DNA of 64,000 bases from an uncultured Ruminiclostridium sp. GTDB taxonomy: Bacteria; Bacillota; Clostridia; Oscillospirales; Ruminococcaceae. The stretch is taken from the NCBI GenBank assembly GCA_964520065.1, contig CAZFMC010000004.1, positions 2,513 through 66,512 of the forward strand, read 5' to 3'. Made by a program: the position numbers and the translations under genes. Positions within the stretch are counted from its first letter, which is position 1, and each line of letters begins with the position of its first letter. Positions 50,708 to 59,968 of the stretch are shown piece after piece. The notes beneath the pieces were generated by a model that saw nothing but the letters and a program-made list of their open reading frames with translations, had not been told where the DNA came from and made no database searches.

Positions 50708-51871
50708 ATGCGTGAAAAATATTACGTGGTTGGAAGCGGCATTGTTGGCTGCGTTATAGCTCGTGAATTAGCAGAAAACGGCGCAGAGGTATCGGTGTGG
50801 GAAAGGCGCGACCATTTAGGTGGAAACCTTTATGATTTTACAGATAGCTATGGCATTCATGTTCATCTGTATGGACCTCATATTTTTCACACTAAAATAG
50901 AGCGAGTGTGGAAATATGTAAACAGGTATTGTAAGCTTAAGGAGTATAACCTTGTTTGTGGTTCTGTTATGGATGGAAAGTGCGTTCCTACTTCTTTTGA
51001 CTTTCAGTCGGTGGATACATTCTTCCCCGAGGAGGCAGATGTAATAAAGGAACATATAAAAATAGTATTTGGTGACAGAAATAGTGCTACTATCCTTGAA
51101 ATGCTTGACTGCGATGATGAGTATGTAAAGAAATTTGCACAGTTTTTGTATGATAAGGATTATGCTCCTTATACGGCAAAGCAGTGGGGGTTGTCTCCTG
51201 ATAAGATTGACAGGAATATTTTCAAGAGGGTGCCTGTACTGTTTTCTTACGGAAGTAAGTATTTCGATGATCCCTATCAAGCAATTCCCGAAAACGGATA
51301 TATGGAACTTATTAACAACTTGCTTAATCATAAAAACATCTCTGCTAAAACAGGAACAGATGCCTTGGAACACATTTCAATCGTTGAAAATGAAGTGTTT
51401 ATTGACAATAAAAAAGCTAATGGCATTGTGATATACACCGGTCCTATTGATGAACTGTTTGAATGTAGATTTGGTAAACTCCCCTATCGTTCCCTAAGAT
51501 TTGAGTGGAGGCATGAAGATATAGATAGTTTTCAAGATATGCCTGTGGTTGCATATCCCCAGGCAGATGGTTATACTAGAATCACCGAGTACAAAAAGCT
51601 CCCTTATCAGGAGGTCAAGGGAACCACCTATGCAGTGGAATATCCGTTGCCTTACAAAAAAGGTGAAAATAACGAGCCTTATTATCCTGTACTTACAGAT
51701 GAAAGTCAGGAGCTTTTCAACAAGTATATGGATTTAGCTTCTGGCATGAAGAACCTTGTATGTTGCGGAAGGCTGGCAGATTTTAAATATTATAACATCG
51801 ACCTGGCCATAAACAGGGCCTTAGACGTAGCGGAACAACTTAAAGCTGCGGAAGCGCAGCGGCATGATTAA
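50708..51871 (+). CDS. glf: NDP-pyranose mutase (Glf family)
   Basis: VGSGIVG, HLYGPHIFHT, YTAKQWG, TRITEYK, EPYYP, GRLADFKYY. Confidence 0.9.
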   Translation: MREKYYVVGSGIVGCVIARELAENGAEVSVWERRDHLGGNLYDFTDSYGIHVHLYGPHIFHTKIERVWKYVNRYCKLKEYNLVCGSVMDGKCVPTSFDFQSVDTFFPEEADVIKEHIKIVFGDRNSATILEMLDCDDEYVKKFAQFLYDKDYAPYTAKQWGLSPDKIDRNIFKRVPVLFSYGSKYFDDPYQAIPENGYMELINNLLNHKNISAKTGTDALEHISIVENEVFIDNKKANGIVIYTGPIDELFECRFGKLPYRSLRFEWRHEDIDSFQDMPVVAYPQADGYTRITEYKKLPYQEVKGTTYAVEYPLPYKKGENNEPYYPVLTDESQELFNKYMDLASGMKNLVCCGRLADFKYYNIDLAINRALDVAEQLKAAEAQRHD

Positions 51872-51880
51872 GGAGAATTT

Positions 51881-52615
51881 ATGGGAAATACATTATATAT
51901 TGTAATGCCTACATATAACGAAGAGGCAAATATAGAAAATGTCGTTAGGGAATGGTATCCTATTCTCGAAAATGGCGATGAAACCTCAAGACTAGTTATT
52001 TTTGATGGCGGTTCAAAAGACAATACACTCAACATTTTGCACGAACTTCAGAAGGATTACCCAAAGCTAATTGTTGAGGCAAAACCCGGAACGGATCATG
52101 GAACAAAAGTCATCCTTCTCTATAAATATGCTATAGAAAACGCAGCTGATTGGATATTCCAAACTGATTCTGATGGTCAAACGCTTCCTTCAGAATTTGA
52201 CGAATTCTGGAATCAGAGGGAAACATATGATATCATAATGGGTAATCGCGTAAAGCGTGGTGATGGTTTGGGGAGAAAATTCGTTGAAAACATTCTGCGT
52301 GTTTATCTAAAACTCTTTTTCGGTGTTATGGTGCCTGATGCTAACGCACCGTTCAGACTCATGAAAAGTCAAATTGTCAATAAATACATAGGACTTATGC
52401 CGGATGATTTTAACTTGCCTAATGCAATTCTTGCAGCTTGTTTTTCAAGGTATAAGGAGAAAGTTACCTACAAGGTAGTAACATTTCAGCCAAGGCAGGG
52501 TGGAAAGAATTATATGAACATTAAACGTATTGTTAGAATTGGAGTTGATTCTATTAAAAACTTTGCTCAGATAAAGAACAATCTTAAGGAATACGATAAA
52601 GAAATAAGAAAGTAA
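51881..52615 (+). CDS. GT2 polyprenyl-phosphate glycosyltransferase (GtrB/DPM synthase-like)
   Basis: VMPTYNEE, DGGSKD, QTDSDGQ, DANAPFRL. Confidence 0.85.
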   Translation: MGNTLYIVMPTYNEEANIENVVREWYPILENGDETSRLVIFDGGSKDNTLNILHELQKDYPKLIVEAKPGTDHGTKVILLYKYAIENAADWIFQTDSDGQTLPSEFDEFWNQRETYDIIMGNRVKRGDGLGRKFVENILRVYLKLFFGVMVPDANAPFRLMKSQIVNKYIGLMPDDFNLPNAILAACFSRYKEKVTYKVVTFQPRQGGKNYMNIKRIVRIGVDSIKNFAQIKNNLKEYDKEIRK

Positions 52616-52627
52616 GGAGAAGTTTTT

Positions 52628-53404
52628 ATGAAAGCAGTTATTTTAGCTGGTGGATTTGGCACAAGAATTTCTGAAGAAAGCCATCTTAAACCCAAGCCTA
52701 TGATTGAGATAGGAAATTACCCTATTCTATGGCATATTATGAAGTATTACTCATCGTTTGGTATAAAGGATTTTGTTATTCTTGCCGGTTACAAGCAGAA
52801 TAAGATAAAGGAATATTTTGCAAATTATTTTGTGTACAATTCCGATATTACATTCCATATGGCTAATAATAGTGTGGAAGTTCATCGCAAAAATGCGGAA
52901 GATTGGACTGTTACGGTTCTTGATACAGGTCTTAACACAATGACGGGCGGGAGAATAAAAAGAGCTGAAGAATATCTTGGAAATGAGCCATTTATGCTCA
53001 CTTATGGAGATGGTGTTTCTGATGTTGATATCAGCGCTCTTCTGAAATTCCATAAGTCACATGGCAAGATTGCAACAATAACAACAGTAAGTATTGCTCA
53101 GCAAAAAGGTGTACTTGAAAAGGACGACACAGGTCTTATTCATTCCTTTAGAGAAAAAAGTGTTGATGACTCTGCCATCATAAATGGCGGTTTTATGGTT
53201 CTTGAGCCGGCGATTTTTTCCTATCTTGATAATGATTCAACCATTTTCGAACAGGAACCTATGCGCAGACTTGCTGCTGAACATCAGTTAATGGGCTTTG
53301 AGCATAATGGTTTCTGGCAGTGTATGGATACTCAGCGTGAGAAGGAAAAGCTTGAGACCTTGTGGAGCGAAGGAAAAGCACCATGGAAAAGGTGGAGTGA
53401 TTGA
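52628..53404 (+). CDS. rfbF: Glucose-1-phosphate cytidylyltransferase
   Basis: LAGGFGTRISEE, KPKPMIEIG, TMTGGRI, LTYGDG, GFWQCMDT. Confidence 0.95.
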   Translation: MKAVILAGGFGTRISEESHLKPKPMIEIGNYPILWHIMKYYSSFGIKDFVILAGYKQNKIKEYFANYFVYNSDITFHMANNSVEVHRKNAEDWTVTVLDTGLNTMTGGRIKRAEEYLGNEPFMLTYGDGVSDVDISALLKFHKSHGKIATITTVSIAQQKGVLEKDDTGLIHSFREKSVDDSAIINGGFMVLEPAIFSYLDNDSTIFEQEPMRRLAAEHQLMGFEHNGFWQCMDTQREKEKLETLWSEGKAPWKRWSD

Positions 53405-53405
53405 C

Positions 53406-54476
53406 ATGACGTTTAACGATTTAAAGAAATTTTATTCCGGAAAAAAAGTTTTCGTTACCGGTCACACCGGATTCAAAGGCGCTTGGCTTTGCAAGATACT
53501 GAATATGCTCGGTGCTGATGTTTATGGCTATGCTTTGCCAGCACCTTCTTCTCCAAGTGCTTTTGAATTGCTTGATGTTGAACATTTTGTTCATTCTGTA
53601 TTAGGAGATATCAGGGATTTTGAAAATCTGAAGGCGGCGATGGAGGAAGCAAAGCCGGAGTATGTTTTTCATCTTGCAGCACAGCCCATAGTAAGAGAAT
53701 CTTATAAAATGCCACGGGAAACATTTGAAACCAATGTTATGGGCACCGTCAATATACTTGAATGCATAAGGCTTATCCCTGGTGTAAAAAGCTTTCTGAA
53801 TGTGACCACCGACAAGGTTTACGAGAACAATGATATTGAGGGTCACGCTTTTACTGAAGATGAAAAGTTAGATGGGTACGATCCGTATTCAAACTCCAAA
53901 AGCTGTTCAGAGTTGGTAACTCATTCCTTCAGAAAATCCTTTTTTAATCAAGAAAAACTCGTAAAGATTTCCACCGCAAGAGCCGGTAATGTTATCGGCG
54001 GAGGTGATTTCGCTGTGGATAGGATTATTCCTGATTGCGTAAGGGCAACCATAAAGGGTGAAAGCATAAATATCAGAAATCCTTACTCCACCAGACCTTA
54101 TCAGCATGTTCTTGAGCCTCTTGGTATTTATCTTACAATTGTAATGATGCAGGAGGTTTATCCTGAAATGGCAGGATACTATAATGTTGGACCGGATAAC
54201 GAAGACTGTGTTACTACGGGTGAGTTGGCTGACTTGTTTGTGAAATACTGGGGCGATCATGCAAAATGGAATAACACTTCTGAGACAAATGCTCCTCATG
54301 AAGCCAGTTTCCTTAAGCTTGACTGCTCAAAGCTGAAAAATGTTTTTGGTTGGAAACCGGTGTGGCATATTGAGAACACTGTCAAAGCTACTGTGGAGTG
54401 GTACAAGGCTTGGAATAATTCAGATGATTTAGGCACAATCACAGAAGAGCAGATTAAGCGGTTTTTTTATGAATAA
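53406..54476 (+). CDS. rfbG: CDP-glucose 4,6-dehydratase
   Basis: TGHTGFKGAWL, HLAAQPIV, TTDKVY, DPYSNSK, ARAGNVIGGGD, RPYQHVLEPL. Confidence 0.95.
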   Translation: MTFNDLKKFYSGKKVFVTGHTGFKGAWLCKILNMLGADVYGYALPAPSSPSAFELLDVEHFVHSVLGDIRDFENLKAAMEEAKPEYVFHLAAQPIVRESYKMPRETFETNVMGTVNILECIRLIPGVKSFLNVTTDKVYENNDIEGHAFTEDEKLDGYDPYSNSKSCSELVTHSFRKSFFNQEKLVKISTARAGNVIGGGDFAVDRIIPDCVRATIKGESINIRNPYSTRPYQHVLEPLGIYLTIVMMQEVYPEMAGYYNVGPDNEDCVTTGELADLFVKYWGDHAKWNNTSETNAPHEASFLKLDCSKLKNVFGWKPVWHIENTVKATVEWYKAWNNSDDLGTITEEQIKRFFYE

Positions 54477-54530
54477 AAACATATCACAAACGCTTTAAAT
54501 ACAATACTTATTTTCAAAAAGGTGAATCGA

Positions 54531-54953
54531 ATGTTAGAATTGTTAAGAAAATATAAGCATATAGTATTGTACCTTTTATTCGGAGTTTTGACAACATTAG
54601 TGAATGTAGTGGCATATTGGGTTGGTTCACATGTCATTGTTCTTTCTACAATGACAAGTACGGTTATAGCTTGGGTACTAGCTGTGTTATTTGCCTATCT
54701 TACAAACCGCAAGCTGGTGTTTAACAGTGACGCAGTTTCAAAACATGATGTAATTAAAGAATGCCTGTCATTCTTTTTGGCAAGATTGGCAACAGGTGTT
54801 GTTGACTGGCTGTGTATGTTTATCTTTGTTGATGTGCTGATGCTGAATGAAATTGATATGTTTATTAAGCTTGCTGCAAATGTTCTGGTAATTATTTTGA
54901 ATTATGTTGCAAGTAAATTGATAGTATTCAGAAAAAAGGAGAATGATGAATGA
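54531..54953 (+). CDS. GtrA family flippase-like protein
   Basis: YLLFGVLTTLVN, FAYLTNRKLVF, NYVASKLIVF; four TMs. Confidence 0.9.
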   Translation: MLELLRKYKHIVLYLLFGVLTTLVNVVAYWVGSHVIVLSTMTSTVIAWVLAVLFAYLTNRKLVFNSDAVSKHDVIKECLSFFLARLATGVVDWLCMFIFVDVLMLNEIDMFIKLAANVLVIILNYVASKLIVFRKKENDE

Positions 54954-57319
54954 AACAAAAAAGATCAGTGTATTGGTGGGCATCTTTTTCATTAATAGTT
55001 GTTTTTTTTGTGATTGCAGCTGTTTATTTTTTTTCGAAAACGCTTGTGATACAAGGTGACGGACATGAGTATGTTCTTCAAACGGTATCTTTTCAGAATC
55101 ATTTTACTTTCGGCATAAATGACGATGATCTCGAACAAGCAACAGAACAATTTTATAATAATGAGCCGGGATTAAGGAGTGTATATAATAGGTTAGCCGT
55201 TGATGATCAAGGATTGCATTACAGTAATCATTTTGGCGCTTATTCAGTCTTGGTAACTCCCATAAAGATGCTACTGCTTGCTTTAGGACAATATCCGCTG
55301 AGAGCTTTTGGAATTACAAACTGGTTGCTTTGGCTTGCTGCCGCACTTACTGTGCTGTTTTTTTTAAAAACCGACGATAAAAAAAGATTGTGTTTAATAT
55401 GTTTATTGTTGTTTAATCCGGTGTTCTTTTATTTGGATTGGGTTCATACTGAGGTATATATTTTTTCTTTTGTTGTAATTGGATTAGTTTTTTTCTACAA
55501 CAAGAATTATTCTGTATCAATCATAGCTCTATCTGCTGCTGCTATGCAAAATCTAGCAGTTATACCCATGGCTGCTATGGTGGGAATTGATTATATTATT
55601 GAGTGCATAAGTCGTTATAAAGCTGAAAAAAACAAGTTTTCGTTGTGGGGATTTGTCAAATCTTATTGGAAAAGAATTATTCCTTATGGAGCGTACTATC
55701 TTATTGCTTTCATCCCTATGATTACAACATATATGCACTTCGGAACATTAAATTTAGTTGCTGATGTAGCAATGGAAAGCAAGTACATTTTCCATAAAGC
55801 AATAGATTATCTTATTGACCCGAACATTGGCATTCTTCCATATGAGCCTATTATATTTGTTTTGTTTTTTGTATTGATAATTATTGGTATGAAAAAAAAT
55901 ACCCGATCTGCTATTATTAATCTGATAGGCTTCGCAGGAATGCTGTTTATTATTGCACATCAGCGCCAGATCAATTGTGGAATGTATTGCATAATGAGGT
56001 ACTGCGTCTGGATACTACCTGTTATGCTGTTTTATGTGGTAATGAATTGGAATATATGTTTTAATGATAAAGGACTTCTTGTTGCCGGTGGTGTGCAGTC
56101 GATTTTTACATTTGGAGTGTTATCTTACTGCATGATCGGCGGTGGTATGTATACATCTAATCAGTTTGCTGACTGGACAAAGGTGGTATTGGATTATTGC
56201 CCCGAGCTTTATAATCCTTCCCATGGAATATTTTATTCCCGTACCTTGGGAAACGAAAAGTATTATAGCCATTATCCTGTTATATACAGAAATGAGGATG
56301 GGAAAGCCAGAAAAATATTGCTTAGCAAAACTGCAGAGGAATATTTTTATTCTGATCAAACTATTTTGTTCAATGAGGATACGGGTGAAATTGTAAATAA
56401 GAACGAGCTTGACAGATTCAGCTTTGATGAAGGTGAGTTCACATATATAAACCTTCATGGAAATATTTTATATTATAACTTGTTACGCTCTTCCGGCGAT
56501 AGCATACGATTTACACTAGCGGGAAATAATACTGAAATTTACCCAATAACCGGTTTGGCACAAATGGAAGAGTGGGGTACTTGGACCAACGGTGATGAAT
56601 TCAGCGTCAATTTTTGTACAGATTCAGACGAAGAATATCTTGTTTGTGATATTGACATCAATAATGTTTTTTATCATCCTCAACGTGTTAATGTATTTAT
56701 TAATGATGAGATGGTACATTCTGATACTATTGCGGGCAACCAGGATTTCAGTTTTATGTTCAAAAATCCGGAAAATGGTATGGTTAAATTGAGAATGGAG
56801 TTGCCGGATTCCATTTCCCCTGCCGAAGTAATGGACAGCCCTGATAAACGCGATCTTGGTCTTGGTCTGGTTTCAATGTCACTGCTTCCCATAAGTGAAT
56901 CTGATAAAGCTTACAACGTAGAAGATGTTATTTATTTTTATTCAGATGAGTATAATGCAGATAAATATGCGGTAAGCGGTTTATCTGTAAAAGAAGAATG
57001 GGGCTCGTGGACTGACGGCGACGAAATGCTGATGAACTTTCACATAAACGATGACGCTGAACGTCTTGTATGCTATATTGATGTGGTACGCACATTCTAT
57101 CAAGCACAAAATGTTGATATATTTATTAATGATGAACTTGTTTATTCTGAAAAGATAGACGGAGATAATGATATTGAGTTTGAATTCAAGAGACCGGAAG
57201 ATGGTGTGGTTAATTTGAAAATAGAACTCCCGGACTCCGTTTCGCCTTCTGAAATAATGGACAGCGCCGACAAACGCGATCTTGGTTTGGGCCTTGCATC
57301 TATGGTGATTGCTTCATAA
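54950..57319 (+). CDS. Polytopic GT-C-like membrane protein with duplicated C-terminal beta domain
   Basis: GDGHEY after the first TM, about 11 TMs, then two copies of GLxxxEEWGxWTxGDE...ELPDSxSP...DKRDLGLGL. Confidence 0.7.
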   Translation: MKQKRSVYWWASFSLIVVFFVIAAVYFFSKTLVIQGDGHEYVLQTVSFQNHFTFGINDDDLEQATEQFYNNEPGLRSVYNRLAVDDQGLHYSNHFGAYSVLVTPIKMLLLALGQYPLRAFGITNWLLWLAAALTVLFFLKTDDKKRLCLICLLLFNPVFFYLDWVHTEVYIFSFVVIGLVFFYNKNYSVSIIALSAAAMQNLAVIPMAAMVGIDYIIECISRYKAEKNKFSLWGFVKSYWKRIIPYGAYYLIAFIPMITTYMHFGTLNLVADVAMESKYIFHKAIDYLIDPNIGILPYEPIIFVLFFVLIIIGMKKNTRSAIINLIGFAGMLFIIAHQRQINCGMYCIMRYCVWILPVMLFYVVMNWNICFNDKGLLVAGGVQSIFTFGVLSYCMIGGGMYTSNQFADWTKVVLDYCPELYNPSHGIFYSRTLGNEKYYSHYPVIYRNEDGKARKILLSKTAEEYFYSDQTILFNEDTGEIVNKNELDRFSFDEGEFTYINLHGNILYYNLLRSSGDSIRFTLAGNNTEIYPITGLAQMEEWGTWTNGDEFSVNFCTDSDEEYLVCDIDINNVFYHPQRVNVFINDEMVHSDTIAGNQDFSFMFKNPENGMVKLRMELPDSISPAEVMDSPDKRDLGLGLVSMSLLPISESDKAYNVEDVIYFYSDEYNADKYAVSGLSVKEEWGSWTDGDEMLMNFHINDDAERLVCYIDVVRTFYQAQNVDIFINDELVYSEKIDGDNDIEFEFKRPEDGVVNLKIELPDSVSPSEIMDSADKRDLGLGLASMVIAS

Positions 57320-57353
57320 ATATATCAAGTTCAGCTTGCTGCGTGTTTCCTTG

Positions 57354-57446
57354 TTCAATAAAGGGATTGCCCTGTCATTTAATGTGGTAAGGGTTGGTTT
57401 TGCCAACCTGCCGCCTATGAGGCGGGGGACATCTTGCCTAAGTTAT
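57354..57446 (+). repeat. Dispersed structured repeat, copy 2
   Basis: TTCAATAA-AGGGATTGCC...GGTAA...CCGCCTATGAGGCGGG-GGACATCTTGCCTAAGTTAT aligns with the reverse complement of 19964-20059. Confidence 0.75.
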
Positions 57447-57594
57447 AACATGGATTCTCTGCGCGCTAATGGTAAATAAATTAAGGCTGTCTAAAAAGTT
57501 TCTTCGCAAAAGCCGAAACCGGTGTAATTGGAATATAAAGGTGATACAAGGTGCCCATTAAAACTCATTTATTCCGGTAAATGCGATACTTCCT

Positions 57595-57622
57595 CCCCCC
57601 GCGCACCGCGGGGGGATTTTTT
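57595..57622 (+). terminator. GC-rich hairpin with T tail
   Basis: CCCCCCGCG-CAC-CGCGGGGGG-ATTTTTT. Confidence 0.65.
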
Positions 57623-57796
57623 ACACACCCAGCATACCACAACCTATTAAATATATGCTATAATAATGTCGCCATATGAAATTTGTGTGCAAAAAAGCAC
57701 ACAAATTGTTGCTTTTTATGCACCGGAATTTATTTTTTTTACAATTATGGATACGTATAGCAGATTCATTTTGTCAATTGTCACAACCTGCGATTG

Positions 57797-57825
57797 TTGA
57801 CAATCAACAGCGCTTGTGATATAAT
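57797..57825 (+). promoter_or_regulatory. SigA promoter of the cps/eps operon
   Basis: Consensus TTGACA-17 bp-TATAAT with TG. Confidence 0.85.
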
Positions 57826-57872
57826 TATGATGTGAATTTATGATATGAAACGGATTCGGCGGTGCGGATAAC

Positions 57873-58388
57873 GTGAAGAAGGCTGATAAGTTTAAAAGCG
57901 TGGTTTCATTTGCGCTTCTTTTTGTTTTAATGGTAATTATGTTTTTCTTTTCGGCACAAAACGGAGAGGAAAGCGGCGGCGTAAGTCAGGGCGTTACGGA
58001 GGCAATTTGCCAAGCGGCGTTTGACGACTTTGACTCGGCTTCACCTGAAACACGGGAGCTTGTCGTAAGCGGGCTTAATCACTATGTGCGGAAGCTTGCT
58101 CACTTCACGATTTACGCTCTTATGGGCGTATGCGCGTATAACGGTCTGCTTGCGCTGAAAACGCGGATACATATGAAGGCGGCAGCTGCGGCAGGTATTT
58201 GCTTGGCTTATGCGGTCTTTGACGAGGTTCACCAGCTTTTCGTTCCCGAACGTGCTTTTATGCCGACTGATGTGCTTATAGATTTGTGCGGCGCGCTTGT
58301 GGGAATGGGATTATTAAGGATTGTTATTCTTATTTCTGAATATTTAAGGGACATAAGAAAAGAACGCAAAGTTCTGAAAGGACGGTAA
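57873..58388 (+). CDS. VanZ family membrane protein
   Basis: FFFSAQ, VRKLAHFTIY, DEVHQLFVPER, DVLID. Confidence 0.9.
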   Translation: MKKADKFKSVVSFALLFVLMVIMFFFSAQNGEESGGVSQGVTEAICQAAFDDFDSASPETRELVVSGLNHYVRKLAHFTIYALMGVCAYNGLLALKTRIHMKAAAAAGICLAYAVFDEVHQLFVPERAFMPTDVLIDLCGALVGMGLLRIVILISEYLRDIRKERKVLKGR

Positions 58389-58390
58389 AA

Positions 58391-59224
58391 ATGGACGAAC
58401 AGGAACAGACAATAGACCTGCGTAATCTGTTAATTATTTTAAAGGAGCATATAGCCGTGATTCTGGCGGCGGCAATCGCCTGCGGAGCAATCGGTTTTCT
58501 TCTTTCGGCGTTTGTAATCGAGAAGAAATATACCTCCGAGGCGCTGCTTTACGTTGAAAACTCGGCAAGTAAGTCGGACGATTCGGCTATAAATATCAAC
58601 GACATCAACGCGGCTCAGAAGCTGGTTAATACCTGCCAGATTCTTTTCACGAGCGATTATATGCTTGAGAAGCTCGGTGAGGCGCTTCCGCAGTATAATT
58701 ATACCTCCGAAAAATATGAAAAGATGATAACAATTGAATCGGTGAACAGCACGGAGGTGCTGAAAATTTCGGTTGAAACAAACTCGCCCGAAATTTCGGT
58801 TACAATTGCCAACAAGCTCGTCGAGCTGTCTCAGATTGAATATATGCGCGTAATCAAGAACGGTTCAATCGAGGTCGTTTCCAATGCAATTTATCCGCAG
58901 AAGCACGTTTTCCCGAGTAATACGCTCTTTACGGCTTCGGGCTTCGCGCTCGGGCTTTTCGGAGCTTATTTTATTTTCCTTATAATTGAAATGCTTGACA
59001 CTAAGGTTAAGCCCGACGACGACCTTGCAAAGAAGTACGATATCCCTGTTTTTGCGGAAATTATGGACTTCCTCGCGGTTGACAAATCCGATTACAAATA
59101 CAGCAGCTACGGCGGGAAGAAAAGCTCTAAGCCGAAGAAAAGCACGGAGATTGCCGAGGACGAGGACGATAACGACTTAGATTTTGACGACGAGGCAGAC
59201 GACGATAACGAGGAGGAATTCTGA
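58391..59224 (+). CDS. Wzz/CpsC-like chain-length regulator
   Basis: EQTIDL, two TMs, KYTSEALLYV; acidic tail. Confidence 0.88.
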   Translation: MDEQEQTIDLRNLLIILKEHIAVILAAAIACGAIGFLLSAFVIEKKYTSEALLYVENSASKSDDSAININDINAAQKLVNTCQILFTSDYMLEKLGEALPQYNYTSEKYEKMITIESVNSTEVLKISVETNSPEISVTIANKLVELSQIEYMRVIKNGSIEVVSNAIYPQKHVFPSNTLFTASGFALGLFGAYFIFLIIEMLDTKVKPDDDLAKKYDIPVFAEIMDFLAVDKSDYKYSSYGGKKSSKPKKSTEIAEDEDDNDLDFDDEADDDNEEEF

Positions 59225-59225
59225 G

Positions 59226-59954
59226 ATGGCAAAGAAAATTGAACGACTCCCCTTAAACGTTTCCAGAAAATTTATTCTCTCCGACGATACGCAGTTTGTA
59301 ATCAAGGAGGCGTATAAAGCTGCCCGTACAAACTTAACCTTCGCGCTCGCAACGTATTCGCCGAAGATTGCCGTTGTAACGAGCTGCGCTCCCGCAGAGG
59401 GAAAAAGCACGAACTGCCTTAACCTCGCCATCACGATGGCTGAAAAAGGCGAATCGGTGCTGCTTATAGACGCCGACCTGAGAAAACCCGTTCAGCATTC
59501 GCTTCTGCGCCTTGACAACAGCAGGGGACTTTCCTCAATTCTCGGCGGAATTGTTGACGATATTTCCAAGGTTATTGAAAAAAATGTCAGACCAAATCTC
59601 GATATTCTTACGGCAGGTCCTGTTCCGCCAAACCCTGCGGAGCTTCTTGCAAGCTCGCGTATGGAGAAGCTGCTCAGCATTGTCGGTGAACACTATGACT
59701 ATATTTTCATTGACGCGCCTCCCGTGGCGGTTGTTGCCGACGCGTTTGTTCTTAACGAAAAAACGTCGGGAATTATCTTCGTAATAAAGGAAGGCTATAC
59801 AACTCACCCCGAAATTGAGGAGGCTCTTCAGAAAACGAAAATGTCCAACGGACGTATCCTTGGCTTTATCAGAGCAAATTGCAGCAGCAGGGGAAAGTCG
59901 GGTTACGGCTCGTACAAGTATAAATATAAGTATAAATATAAGGATTACTCCTGA
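59226..59954 (+). CDS. CpsD/CapB BY-kinase
   Basis: EAYKAARTN, AEGKST, DADLRKP, PPNPAELL, C-terminal Tyr cluster. Confidence 0.93.
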   Translation: MAKKIERLPLNVSRKFILSDDTQFVIKEAYKAARTNLTFALATYSPKIAVVTSCAPAEGKSTNCLNLAITMAEKGESVLLIDADLRKPVQHSLLRLDNSRGLSSILGGIVDDISKVIEKNVRPNLDILTAGPVPPNPAELLASSRMEKLLSIVGEHYDYIFIDAPPVAVVADAFVLNEKTSGIIFVIKEGYTTHPEIEEALQKTKMSNGRILGFIRANCSSRGKSGYGSYKYKYKYKYKDYS

Positions 59955-59968
59955 TAAATGAGGCAGAC

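Noticed and set aside
52628-54476. 3,6-dideoxyhexose (abequose/paratose/tyvelose) pathway
   Set aside because: DdhC/DdhD are absent from the window; cannot be excluded if encoded elsewhere.
57873-58388. VanZ as glycopeptide resistance
   Set aside because: VanZ-like genes are common at cps loci and no van cluster is present.
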